NCBI GenBank assembly: GCA_020137815.1 | Contig: CM035354.1 | Location: 2,170,001 to 2,234,000 of the forward strand | Reading direction: 5' to 3' | Length of the DNA: 64,000 nucleotides | Origin: Hormiphora californensis | Lineage: Eukaryota > Animalia > Ctenophora | In this document: positions 48,501 to 64,000 of the stretch, piece by piece | Layout of the letters: each line of letters begins with the position of its first letter | Position numbering within the stretch: position 1 is the first letter of the stretch | The notes under the pieces: model-generated | Database searches by the model: none | What the model was told of the DNA's origin: nothing | The model's input: the letters and a program-made list of their open reading frames with translations, nothing else | Made by a program: the position numbers and the translations under genes

Positions 48501-51500
48501 TGCTGCCTATCGCAATGAAGCTCTGCTCTCTCCAAGAAGTTCGTCAGGTGGTCTCGCAGCACCCTCTCAAATGTTTTGGAGATATGTGACGTGATAGCCA
48601 CCGGTCGGTAATTCTCAGGCAGCGAGCGATCCCCTTTCTTAAAGATTGGACAGATAAACTGTTCTTTCATTGCTGCTGGTATGGTACTTGTATTGAAAGA
48701 CTCCTTCCAGAGAAGCCAAATCGGGTACGCTAATCTGCTGCAACAGCTTTTTAGAATGACAGCTGGAATATCTCCCGGTGGGGCTGCTGAGTTGGGTTTA
48801 AGCTCCTTTAATGCCTTTTCAATATCCTCCTGGAAAAACTCTATATCCAAGATTTCCACATTGTTCTCAGGGATGTTCTCGATTGCCTTCTCTGGATCCA
48901 CATCCGCTGGGTTACTGAAGACCTTCACGTATTGCCGCTGCAGCAGGTCTGCCTTTTCCCTAGAATCTGTTGTAAGAGAACCATCTTCCCTCGCGAGTGG
49001 AGAGACCGAGGACTTCACCTTGGAGAAGGATTTGGCGTGGGTGAAGAAGTACTTAGGGTTCAACTTAACCGCCGCTGCAACTTTTTCTTCTCTAGCTTGC
49101 TGTAGATCTTTCACGTGGTCTTTAATGTCCATCGTTATTCTGTCCACCTTTTCCTCCAGCCGCTGTTTCAGCTTACCAGATGCCCTGACCATCCGCCGGT
49201 TGAGTTTCCTCCGCCGGCTCCGCAGGTGTCTCAACTTCTTATCTCTCCACTTCTTGCCAACCCGTTTAGGTGGGGCACACATAGTGGATATCTGTAGAAC
49301 TGTAAGCCTCATCAGTTCCAAAAAATCACTGCAACCTTCAGAACAGAGGAGGTGCAGGAGGTCCCAGTCCACCTCCTCAAACAACGCGTTTGCCCTCTCA
49401 AAATCCATGTCCAATAAGCTGAGCGCTGCAAACCCTGTTTTCTCCCGTAGGTCTCTCTCCACCCTTTCCGTACAGTTGAATGCCAGAGTGCATGTCACCA
49501 TGGAATGGTCGGATATTCCGAGGTCGTCGCAGTTCACCGCCAGGACATAATCTGGCCTGTTGGTGAACACTAGATCAAGAACATTATCTCCCCTGGTTGG
49601 TGATGATACCAACTGCGTTAGAAGGTTGGTGTCCATGAAATCCCGGAGTGTATTGTATAGAGGCTGGTCAACAAATTCCGGAACACCGCCTTCCCATTTC
49701 AAGAGGGGAAGGTTGAAGTCGCCAGCCAGCCATATATCAGGAACCGTGTTCTCCTGGCTGTGAAAATCGACAAATACCTGCAGCCTATGCATCATCCTTT
49801 GAAATCCTTCCACGTTTGAACCAACTCGATACACCACAGCAGCGACCATGTGTTTGCTGCCGATGTATACTGCTGTCAAGTTACTGTCTCTATCGGAGTA
49901 TTCGATCTGGTCTGATATCGCCATGCTGTCGTGGATATAGAGTGCACAACCTCCTCCAACTCTACCCTGCCTGTCACACCTAGCAAGGTTGTACCCGGGG
50001 ATTTGTACCTGGGCCTCAGTCATATAACACCGCCACCAGGTCTCGGTGATCCCCAAAAATGCCACTGGTGTGGCGTCCTCGTCCACCATATCACGCACTA
50101 CCTCTAACTTCCAGGTACTTTCAGCTGATGGACAGAAACTCCTAGCATTTAATAGGCGAAAGTTTGATACAGGGGCTGGGTTCCTGCTAGTCCCCAAGGA
50201 TTGTGGGGTTTCTCCCCTGCTCCGTACTGCCGCTGCAGAAACGACTTTAAGTCCAAAAACTGGGTCATCACCGACTGTTGTATCTCGGCTTTCAGAACTT
50301 CCAGTTTCATCTCCAAAAAATCATGGGTCACCCTCTCGTCTGGCTGAGAGAACTTTTCAGCCGGGTTCTTGTTCCTGTTTCCTGGAGCTTGCTTTGGGCG
50401 TTTTGAGTTAAAATCTTCCGCCCGGTCTCCAGCTGCCTGGGAGTGTGCTTTCCTGGTCCTGTCCTGGACCGGTCGATCTTCTCCTCGCCCTTCTATACGA
50501 TCCCGTTTTGTATGTAGAAGGTGATTCAGTGTGCACATTTTATCATAGCACTCCCGTCTCACCTCAGATCCCTTGCATAGGGGAGGGTGGTAGAACTTAC
50601 ACGAACCACCTTTCACGCATCCAAAGCGTTTCGATGCCCCATAGTTACAAAACCTCTTGCAGAGTCTCGGGTGGAGTTTCGGACATGACCTCCCCTCTAC
50701 TTCCTTGGTTCCATTTCGTCCATAGCGGCACTTCCGGTTGAGAAAGTGCTTACACACGTTCTCTGGGGTCAGTTCCAGAGTTTTTCCATCATCCTCTGGT
50801 TCGTCCTTTTTCTCATCATCGGGACAAATTATAAAATGATAAGTAATGATTGATCCCATTTGACATTACTAACGCCTACTTAGATCCATGTCCCTGCAGG
50901 TTGATGGAGACTATTTATCAAAACAAACAGACATTACCGAAAAAATGAGGAGTATTTTGGTGGATTGGATCATCCAGGTTCACCAGAAATTCAAGCTTCT
51001 TCATGAGACACTGTACCTTTCAATTCTTATTCTCGACAGATACCTTTCAAAGACAGACATTAAGCGAGGTGAGTGTCCTCTCCCAGTGTTCTCTCTGGGT
51101 GTGATATGTGGGGGTTAGTTTTTATTGTTTCACAGGTTTAAAAATTATTTCGAGTTGAATACCACTCACACTCTTTCTCCCATTAGACAAACTGCAGTTG
51201 GTTGGAGTTACCAGTATTCTGATTGCCAGCAAGTTTGAGGAAATTTACGCCCCAGAAGTGAATGACTTTGTGTACATAACGAACAACGCGTACACTTTCC
51301 AAGAGATTTTAGCGATGGAGATTGAGGTGCTGAACAAACTGGCATTTGACATCAACCATCCCCTACCTCTTCATTTCCTGAGAAGGTGTAGCAAGGTAGC
51401 AAGCGCTGATGGCAAGATTCATACCCTTGGAAAATACTTGCTGGACCTCTGTCTTGCTCACCCAGGTAATTGTCATTCCATCAGTTTTATTTTATTAATT

Positions 51501-52154
51501 AAGGGTTATAGGACTCAAAATGGGAATTCCATCTTGGATTGGGTGCTAGTGGTTCGGGCTAAAGGGGGATGTTTAAGAGACTGACACCGTTTATGTTTTG
51601 TGTAATAAAGTGTATTTCATCAAGTTTCATCAAGTAAGATAGTAACGCAATTATTGATATAATTGTACACCCTCTCCCCTTAGTTTGTATTGTGTACAAA
51701 TTATTTTTTATTTAATCGTACTCCCCCTCAGTTTCGTACAAGTTCCGGCCAAGTGAGATGGCGGCAGGAGCGTTCCTGGTGGCACAGCATGCCCTTGCCC
51801 CCACCAAGCGATGGGGCAGGAACCTTGCCCACTACACAGGGTACACTCGGGAGCAGGCCATGGTGCCAGCACAAGCTATCGCTCAGGTGAGAGAGAGAAA
51901 GCTGAGAGAGAGAGTGAGTGAAATGTGGATGTATACCGGATATTACATCCGTGACCCGTGTTGTCCCTTAGTCCCCCCCCCCCCTAGTACAGTTTCATAT
52001 ACATATTAACCCCATCTTTCCTTTTTAGTTGGTAGTGACGTCAGAAACGAGCCGATACCAAGCAGCCCGGACAAAATACAGCTCCAGTAAATACATGGAA
52101 ATCAGCAACATTCCTGAGTTGAAAAACGTGAAATCCCTTCTCTCAACACTGTAG
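45517..52154 (+). CDS. CCNB: Mitotic cyclin B, multi-exon
   Basis: D-box-like RNPLECNN; [19 protein letters not shown]; [25 protein letters not shown]; [26 protein letters not shown]; PLPLHFLRR; [13 protein letters not shown]. Confidence 0.95.
46030..47048 (-). mobile_element. 3' fragment of a non-LTR retrotransposon
   Basis: C-terminal CCHC knuckle [18 protein letters not shown]; AT-rich 3' UTR; (TAA)n tail. Confidence 0.65.
47231..50197 (-). CDS. LINE ORF2: APE endonuclease + reverse transcriptase (CR1/L2 group), intact
   Basis: LLNARS, GITETW, AGDFN, LDLVF, SDH; [30 protein letters not shown]; C-terminal [17 protein letters not shown]; short-repeat tail at ~47050-47230. Confidence 0.95.
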   Translation of the reverse strand: MGTSRNPAPVSNFRLLNARSFCPSAESTWKLEVVRDMVDEDATPVAFLGITETWWRCYMTEAQVQIPGYNLARCDRQGRVGGGCALYIHDSMAISDQIEYSDRDSNLTAVYIGSKHMVAAVVYRVGSNVEGFQRMMHRLQVFVDFHSQENTVPDIWLAGDFNLPLLKWEGGVPEFVDQPLYNTLRDFMDTNLLTQLVSSPTRGDNVLDLVFTNRPDYVLAVNCDDLGISDHSMVTCTLAFNCTERVERDLREKTGFAALSLLDMDFERANALFEEVDWDLLHLLCSEGCSDFLELMRLTVLQISTMCAPPKRVGKKWRDKKLRHLRSRRRKLNRRMVRASGKLKQRLEEKVDRITMDIKDHVKDLQQAREEKVAAAVKLNPKYFFTHAKSFSKVKSSVSPLAREDGSLTTDSREKADLLQRQYVKVFSNPADVDPEKAIENIPENNVEILDIEFFQEDIEKALKELKPNSAAPPGDIPAVILKSCCSRLAYPIWLLWKESFNTSTIPAAMKEQFICPIFKKGDRSLPENYRPVAITSHISKTFERVLRDHLTNFLERAELHCDRQHGFRKGRSTMTHLLAHIDRVLKQLTEGNEVDVLYLDFQKAFDRVDTRVLLKKLHRYGVRGKLLAWIKEFLINRKQTVLVDGEQSFWELVVSSVIQGSVLGPVLFIFYVLDLKECLSSADSMSFADDTKLIQAIQTLLDQVELQEDIKNVSQWSSNNNMRLHEKKFQLMIYPLGKSQLLRELPFTSETLSYVTEAGTTVEPEQHVKDLGVWLSADGTWTYHINDIVRRANRIAGWILSVFRCRSQEVLLTLYKALVRPILEYCCLVWSPSKVADIQALENVQRAFLRKIYVMNELTYWERLETLKIMSLQRRRQRYELIHVWKIYHGLVPNCVGMEFQTGRLGIQVKTQKYPYWADRRRATQLFNSFSYRAPQLWNKLPREVTLCETLAGFKASLGSFMKEYKDRPPVRGYPTVPNDFSQAAKS
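50149..50825 (-). CDS. LINE ORF1 (probably 5'-truncated) with three CCCH zinc fingers
   Basis: [50 protein letters not shown]; overlaps ORF2. Confidence 0.8.
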
Positions 52155-52866
52155 AGATGATAGATCGTTACTACGGATAGATTCTTTCACTCTTCATCTA
52201 CAGTGCAGCGGAGGGAGGGTGGGAGATAGAAATGATATTGGTGTGGGTACAAAGTTTCCGACTCTGTGTAAAATTATAATTATAAGAGACTGAGCTCGCC
52301 ACAGACATGAAATTAATATGACAAAACAAGAAAACTGATGATGCGATTGAAAATTTCCGACCAATGATATTATTTATATATTACATGTGTTTTTTGTTCG
52401 TACAAGACGGACAACCTTTCCGTCATTTTTATTATTTTAACAATATAAGTTAGTTATTATTATTCCTGTCCCCGGACAGTAGCTTGACACGTGCAGCGAC
52501 CGGGTTACGTCGCATGATGGGGTTAGTTAGAAATAGAAAATGTGAATCTAGCTCTTTCCGAAAGCAATTTATTCAGTTTTTGCTTTTGACGTGAGTCTGT
52601 TCGATTTAAACATTTTTTGCCGCTTCTACACAATTTGAAAAATACAATGACAAAACTACTTGCTTGTAATACCAGATTATTAAAACAGCCAACTTCGTTT
52701 TCATTTTCTCTCTGTGTGAACCCAAGTCCCAAACCCAACCCTTCCTTCCCTTTTAACCAAAACCCGAACCTTCCCAATTGACAATTGTACCATCTCCTAA
52801 CTAACCCCTCTCCTTCCTCCCTTTACCATCTCCTAACTAACCTCCCTCCTTCCTCCCTGTAGCACT

Positions 52867-54520
52867 ATGGCCACTAAAACCGCCGCCGCTGCCAAACCCT
52901 CCGCTGGAGGTGCCGCCAAGCTTGCCATGGGCAAAGGAATGAAAAACAACAACAAAACCCAGTTCAAGGACAAGGAAAAGCCCACTGATATCCGACTGAG
53001 CAACATTGAAGCAGCCAAGGCCATCGCGGATGCCGTTCGAACCAGTTTGGGACCCAAGGGTATGGACAAGATGATCCAGGGAAAGACAGGTGATGTGACC
53101 ATTACTAATGACGGTGCCACCATTCTAAAGGAGATGCAGGTATTCCACCCCGCTGCTAGGATGCTGGTTGAGCTCAGCAAGGCCCAGGATGTCGAGGCTG
53201 GGGATGGAACCACCTCTGTGGTTGTCATCTGTGGAGCTCTTCTGGATGCTGCCAGGAAACTCCTCAACCGAGGAATTCACCCCACATCAATCTCAGAAGC
53301 ATTCCAGGTGGCCCAAGCCAAGGCCGTTGAGATCCTTTCCTCCATCTCCCAGCCCATGAAACTGAGTGATAGGGAATCTCTCGTCAAGATGGCCTCCACT
53401 TCCCTCAACTCAAAGGTTGTCTCCCAGTACTCGGGTCTCCTCGCCCCTCTCGCTGTGGACGCCATCATGCACGTTATCGATCCCGAGACGGCTTCCAATG
53501 TCAACCTCAAGGACATCAGGGTAGTCAGCAAGGTCGGTGGAACTGTCGAGGATACCCGACTTGTGAACGGAATTGTTCTCACCCAAAAGGCCCAGGCTAC
53601 TGGAGTCACCAAGATGGAACGTGCCAAGGTTGCCCTGATCCAGTTCTGTCTGTCGCCACCCAAAACAGACATGGACAACCAAGTTGTGATCTCGGACTAC
53701 ACCCAGATGGACAGGATCCTCCGAGAGGAGAGGGCGTACATCCTGGACCTAGTGCAAGAAGATCAAGAAGAGTGGTGCTAACGTGATCCTCATTCAGAAG
53801 AGTATCCTCCGAGATGCCCTGAATGACATGGCCCTCCACTTCCTCACAAAGATGAAGGTCATGGTGGTGAAGGATATCGAGAGGGATGAGATTGACTTTC
53901 ATTTCCAGGACATCTAGGATGCAGGCCCATCGCTAGTGCGGACCACATGATGCCTGAACATCTTGGTCTGGCTGATCTTGTAGAGGAGGTGCATGTTGGT
54001 GGAGGTAACAAGGTGGTGTCCATCACGGGATGCCAGTCCACTGCCCGAACCTGCTCAATCCTGGTCCAGGGATCGAACAAACTCATCACAGAGGAGGCTG
54101 ACAGATCCATCCATGATGCCCTCTGTGTTATTCGATGTCTTGTTAAGAACAAGAACATGATCGCCGGTGGTGGTGCCCCCGAGAACCGAGCTGAGCATCA
54201 AACTCTCCCAATACGCCGCTACCCTCAGCGGAATCGAGAGTCACTGCATCAAGGCCTTTGCTGAGAGCTTAGAGAATCATTCCCTTTACCCTGGCTGAAA
54301 ATGCCGGTCTCTCGCCCATCAATATCGTAACGGAACTGAGGAATAGGCATAGTCTCGGTGAAGTGTATGCTGGGATCAATGTCAAGAAAAGTTGCATCAC
54401 CAACATCACAGAGGAGAACTGTTCTCCAGCCCTCTACTCGTTTCCATCAGTGCCATCACCCTTGCCAGTGAAACTGTCCGGGCAATCCTGAAAATCGATG
54501 ATATTGTGAACACTCGCTAG
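52867..54520 (+). CDS. CCT4: T-complex protein 1 subunit delta, intronless CDS with several apparent +1 frameshifts
   Basis: [66 protein letters not shown]; frameshifts near 53755, 53905, 54185-54280 and 54420-54435. Confidence 0.95.
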
Positions 54521-54760
54521 AGAGATGTTGAGAGAGACCTGTGTGTGCGTGAGTGCTGGATAAATTAGGTCGCGGACTGATGAGAGCTAGAGTTTAAAGT
54601 TTGTCTGTTATTTGTAAAACTCCGCTCCGTTCCGCTCGCCGCCTTTCTGTAGCTGCTCACTCCGTGGTCTTTTATTTGGCTTTGTGTATTTATAAGGTGC
54701 CTTATTTTTGTATTTGAAAACCTAAAATATCCGATGTTTTTAATTTGTTAAAACGAAATA

Positions 54761-54905
54761 CAGTCGTACCCTGATTTACCGGAAGATAAACTTCCCATGA
54801 CATTGGAAATTAACGGTATTTGGCCCCGATATAATACTGAGCACCCCGTTTTATAAAACCTTTTCTCGCGAGCAATGAACATCCCGGTAAATCAGAGTCC
54901 GACTG
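54761..54905. mobile_element. pogo/Tigger-like MITE
   Basis: TA|CAGTCGTACCCTGATTTACCGG ... CCGGTAAATCAGAGTCCGACTG|TA. Confidence 0.8.
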
Positions 54906-54999
54906 TACCCGGAAATCGGAACAAAAATCACCCGCATGGCATGATATAATTCACTGTTTCCCCAATCAATACCTGGATTACCTCAGCTCCCGCTGTCTC

Positions 55000-55320
55000 T
55001 TAGCCCATCTACCCCAGAGCCCCCTTTCTCTCTACCCCATAGCCTCCTTTCTCTACCCCATACTCCACAGCCCCCTTTTCTCTACCCTGCAGCCCCCTTT
55101 CTCTACCCCACATAGCCTCCTTTCTCTACTCCATATAGCCTCCTTTCTCTACCCCACATAGCCCCCTTTCTCTACCCCACATAGCCTCCTTTCTCTACCC
55201 CATATAGCCCCCTTTTCTCTACCCTGCAGCCCCCTTCTCTACCCCATATAGCCCCCTTTCTCTACCCTGCAGCCTCCTTTCTCTACCCCATATAATTAGC
55301 CCCTTTTCTCTACCCACCCT
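55000..55320. repeat. ~22-bp degenerate tandem repeat (AGCCCCTTTCTCTACCCCAT)
   Basis: Direct reading; lies just upstream of the ATG at 55354. Confidence 0.85.
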
Positions 55321-55353
55321 CTCTTAGCCACGTCTCCCTCTCTTAGCCGATTC

Positions 55354-57743
<2,390 letters not shown>

Positions 57744-58169
57744 TGGGACACTGAAAAGATAATAGAGCTCCTCCGGAAATTAGATTTCTGTCTTCTGAGC
57801 TGTCTTTTAATTGAAGCTTAATTTAGAAGCTGCCCCCCAATGTTTTCAGACAATCCCTCATCAGATAATCCGGCCTTAGTAGCCCCCATCACGGCCCCAG
57901 TGCCCGCTGGCCACCCACAGACCCCCCCCCCCCCCCCCTAATGTAACTGCCCAGAAATTCTTATTTTCTTAACTTTTACTTCGTTTATTTGTTAAATTTT
58001 AAAAGCAGAAATATATGTTAATTGTAAATAAAGCTATTATGTTCAAATATTATTAAATTTGGTTTTGTTCACGTTTTAAACCCCTTTCTCCATAGCGCAA
58101 TGTTGCCAGTAAAATTAATGCGCTAATAACCAGCTCCCTCATTCCCCCACTTTCTTTTTATTTAGTGTT

Positions 58170-59843
<1,674 letters not shown>

Positions 59844-60712
59844 ATACATTGATATTCGAGAATGCCTTATCTCCCTTCCCTAGCCGCAACGACTTTTATT
59901 TTTCTCAGTTCACTGTTTTCCACGAAACCTCTCATTTAACTGTTAGTCGCTTTCTATTACTGCATATGTCTGGCTGAATGATGTACAATCTTGTTCCAAA
60001 TTGAATATTTATCTTTCGATGACCCAATCGCTCTGTTATACTTTTGACGTTTTGCTTTCGAGGTCGGGAAGACGCACGAATTTCCTACCCATAGTTTGTC
60101 TGTAAATAAAAGATCATTCAACATCGTAGAAATACTCCATTGGAAATCGTGTCTTCTTACTTGGGATCGGAGTCTAAAATGTCCATTATATTGGACCCTC
60201 TTGGTTCGAATTTATACCTTGATTGAGACCCATTGCTGAAGGACCTCAATTTGAACGGGCTTTTCAAGACTCGTGCTGAATGCTATGTCTGGCGGTGTCG
60301 TTTTGAATCTCAGTGCACTCGGCCGGACAGTTCTAATCTTGACAAACCACGTGACCATCTCAGTAGCAGAGTCTGATTTCAAAATATATGTCTCTTTATC
60401 ATGACATAATTATGTTGTGGCCCGGCTCGTAGATTGATCTGGCCAGTCAGTGACAGCAGATGGGAATAATCCCCCCCCCCCCGAATAAGTTTGTTTTTGG
60501 TACATGATTAATTATTAAGATGATCACTGGATTACAATGTAATGTGCTCCACTGTGTCCTGTGTGTACATGTGTCTCGTTGGGGTAGGGTGGCCCACACA
60601 GAGCAGTTAAACTCACTTTATTAAGGCTTCACTCTCCTCCCTGTTACACGTACACTCTCTTTCTTTTTTCTCCCTCTCTTCATCACTCACACACACATCT
60701 GACACACACTCA

Positions 60713-60780
<68 letters not shown>

Positions 60781-61112
60781 ATCCGTCCTTCCCTTTCATT
60801 TTCTCCTCCCTCTTCCCCAGCTCAGCTCTTAAGGGGAGTCACGTGGACGCTGTTTCTCGATATGATTGGTCTGTCGACGTGTTGAAATCCCCGTGATAGT
60901 AGCTCAGTGAGAGAAAGAGAGAGGGAGAGTGAGTGTGAGAGAGAGAGAATGGGAGGGGGAGGGGAGAGACAGTGAGAGAAGGAGAGAGAGAGGCAGGGAG
61001 GGAGTGGGAGCGAGAGAGAGAGGGGAGAGATTATTGAGAAATAGGAGCCGAGCGAGTCAAAGAGAATGTGAGGGATAGAATACGAAAGCTTAAAGAGAGA
61101 GTGAGAAGAGAG

Positions 61113-61212
61113 NNNNNNNNNNNNNNNNNNNNNNNNNNNNNNNNNNNNNNNNNNNNNNNNNNNNNNNNNNNNNNNNNNNNNNNNNNNNNNNNNNNNNNNN
61201 NNNNNNNNNNNN
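61113..61212. other. Assembly gap (100 N) followed by poly-A
   Basis: N run. Confidence 1.
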
Positions 61213-61261
<49 letters not shown>

Positions 61262-61401
61262 TTTCAAAAAAACTTAGAAAAAAAAAAACCCCCGGGAACA
61301 AACCAAAGAAAACCGAAGAGATGAGCATCGAGCACAAACTCATAGTCGGCGCAAGAGTCTGTGAATTCGGTCGCGCTCACTCTGTACTCGCCCTTCTCTT
61401 C

Positions 61402-61447
<46 letters not shown>

Positions 61448-61551
61448 CACACTCCCAACTCCGTGAGGGACCACATTGACTGGCAACACAACACCACAGG
61501 CAGGCAAACTACCCCCAATGTTTTATAACTCCCCTCTTCTCCCCTCTCCAG

Positions 61552-64000
61552 ACCGATCAGCATCAGCAAACTGGCGGGAAATGGACGACCCAAAAGCGGC
61601 GAGTAACCGAAAGTGCCGGTTTAAGTTGAGGTTACATTTTGATACGAAAGTAGGCCGGTATAGGATAACTAAATACAATGGTTCCCATAGCAACCACCAA
61701 CTGGGCAAAGTCCAGGTAATGCCAAAGGTAATTTCTCTCTTCAGCAGTGAGCTGTCAGTCTTCCTCATTCAGCTTCCTGCATGTATTATTGTTATCCCTT
61801 TCTGAGCGCTTTATTATTATATGTTTTACATTTTGGTAATTGATTTCATTAATTTTAAGTTAGACCCACCAATAACCCATGATCCATCTCTCTCCAGAGG
61901 CAAAGTTACGCGGCATCCCGGAGCTCCTACGCCGCCGCAGCCGCTGCAGCCCAGCAGCAACAACAACAACAACAGAACCACCAGCTAGTACCAAATCCGG
62001 CAGCAGCTGCCCATGCGGCCATACCTGCAGCTGTGGTGAGCTCCACTAGGCACCCCCTCTCCTTCCCGGCACCCCTTCCCCCCGGGCTGACAGACAGACT
62101 GGTGAGAGAGAGAGAGACGCTGTCGCTTGTAGTGGAGAAACGGTAATGCATTACCGTAATGAGACCTACACTTTACGTAGCGTGCGGGTAATAAAGCACA
62201 CTTTTTCAGTTAGATCAGGCTGAACTTGACATCAACATGTGTTTAGTACCCGCACGCTACGTTAAGTGTGCGTCTCATTACGGTAATATGTTACCGTTTC
62301 TCCACTACAAGCGGCCGTGAGAGCGTGTTATGTGTGTGTGGGGGTTGATGTGATATATGGTGGAACACCACGTGATAGCTCTGACACCAGGAACCGACCG
62401 AATCAGGAAATACTGGTTCCTGATTGGCTGATAACCAGTCACGTGACCTAAATAACGAGTTCTGATTGGTTGTTCACTTGTTTCGGTCGGTTCCTGTCTG
62501 ACACTATAATAATGGTACACGTAGTAAGATAATTCCCTGTATTTACTTGTTGTCTCAGTCTCAACAAGTATTTACAGGGGTAGCTGCATTTCTAGTGTCC
62601 CCTAGTACCATGTGTGTGTGTGTTCCAATACATGTTTGCATACCATGTTGTGGCTACTTTTCTTGCACGATGAAAAAAGATGAGCATGACCGACAAACAA
62701 ACACACACACGCTTTCTGTGTATATCTCCCTTTTAACAGCTGTTTAACACGTGTTAATATGACACACTAAACATATTATTCAAGGATGAATTATATCTCA
62801 AACTATCCTGTTTCTCAGAGAAAAGATGACGAGTTATTAAAGGCGCATAGTATACTCCGGACCCATCCTTTATCATCCCTTACACAACTACAACATCAGT
62901 CCCTTGGTTAGTGTCTCTATAGAAACTAGAATTCTAGTGGTGAAAACGCGACGACATCCTTGATTCTCCGCACGACTGGCGCGGATATCCGCCAGTTTTA
63001 GCGCGGCCAACACAGAGACATCTCCCGCTCCGTTCGACTTTTTGATCAGTGATGTTAACCCAAATATATCCCCTCAACGTATCACCATGTTAACCCAAAT
63101 ATATCCCCTCAATGTATCACCATGGTAACCCAAATATATCCCCTCAACGTATCACCATGGTAACCCAAATATATCCCCTCAATGTATCACCATGGTAACC
63201 CAAATATATCCCCTCAATGTATAACCATGGTAACCCAAATATATCCCCCGCCAGGCCAGGATATCTTATTTTGGCAAAGTAACAGCATGCGAGAGTTAGC
63301 TGAGACGAATCCCCGGTTACTCTCCCTCTCGACCCTGTATCCGGTGGCAAAGGAGGACTTTGTCTTACATCTTTTCTACGCTCACAAGGATGAAGATAAG
63401 TGAGTCAGCTGATGATGTAAAAACTAAAATCCTCTCGATGTATCATCTCGTTCCTTCTTCCTTTTACCTCTTCCAAACCCCTCGTTCTCTACTCCCTCAC
63501 CCACTCTAACTCCCGTCTCCCTTCTTCCCCGCTCTCTAATTTCTCCCCCTAACCCCACTCTCCCTCCTCCATTGCAGGTATCTGGTAGCATGGACGTTTA
63601 TCAACTGTGCAGTGCAACGCAGTGCCGAGATAGCCCTCACGATATTCGCCCGATTTAACCCGGTCACCCAGAAACAAGCGGAACTGGTCGTTATGAACCA
63701 CTCAATAGAATGGGTCGCATCGGCCATTAATATCTTCTGTAAAGCCATCTTTCACCTTTCGTTGGACAATGTGCACGAGCACCTTCAGAAGCGGCTCCAC
63801 TCCTCCTGTGACTGGGAGCGGATAGAGAACGGCGCTGACAAGTTAAAGAACTGTTTGGACCTGTTGGAACGGGTTGTGTACGCCAAGAACGAGTGTGATT
63901 ATGCAATCAATTTGAAGGAGTTGGAGTTAGCTGGTCCGGCATCCTTCCTTGAGTACTTCTATAACAACTGGAACAATAAGAAGGATTTCTGGGTGTATTA
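61552..64000 (+). CDS. Partial MULE-transposase-derived (ZSWIM3/FAR1-like) protein, intron-containing, continuing beyond the window
   Basis: RKCRFKLRL..YRITKYNGSHSNH (WRKY/FAR1-like); polyA/Q exon; ILFWQSNSMRELAETNPRLLSLSTLY..LVAW..IFARFNP..; FLEYFYNNWNNKKDFWV. Confidence 0.75.
62388..62496 (-). mobile_element. hAT-type MITE (copy 5)
   Basis: Full TIRs; TSD TCTGACAC. Confidence 0.92.
63051..63250. repeat. 35-bp tandem repeat (ATGGTAACCCAAATATATCCCCTCAAYGTATCACC) directly upstream of an acceptor
   Basis: About 6 units ending at CCAG|GCCAG. Confidence 0.9.

Noticed and set aside
48681-49550. 289-aa plus-strand ORF; also 29403-29927, 18369-18806 and 52833-53267
   Set aside because: Antisense shadows of real coding sequence.
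61213-61310. Poly-A tract as a retrocopy tail
   Set aside because: It abuts the N gap and is likely low-quality contig-end sequence.

Overview
Repeat-rich animal genomic DNA with many short GT-AG introns, microsatellites and one 100-N scaffold gap at 61113-61212. A ctenophore-like invertebrate is my impression only and is not demonstrable here. There is no prokaryotic system, rRNA or CRISPR array. Genes reconstructed by hand: WASHC5/strumpellin (-) with a nested intronless GPCR (+) broken by a piggyBac MITE; a THAP + C2H2 zinc-finger gene (-) with a Chapaev-like palindrome inside an exon; two tandem paralogous small secreted proteins (+); TAF6L/TAF6-like (-); KICS2/C12orf66 (-); TMEM272-like (+); cyclin B (+) with an intronic CR1/L2-group LINE; CCT4 (+, frameshifted in this assembly); a GEX1/KAR5/Brambleberry-family gene (+); and a partial, apparently catalytically dead MULE-derived gene (+). 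Introns carry non-autonomous DNA transposons and a young gag-only LTR element. The most notable observations are three. (1) The exonic Chapaev-like palindrome has TIRs carrying GT and AG positions that would splice it out leaving an in-frame 18-nt scar in either orientation, making it a candidate introner. (2) Tandem arrays of RFX X-box motifs sit at intron edges, and tandem repeats are repeatedly anchored on splice junctions. (3) A TIR-bounded element carries exon-intron fragments of a multi-PDZ gene. All gene models and family calls come from manual reading and recalled motifs; no searches were run.
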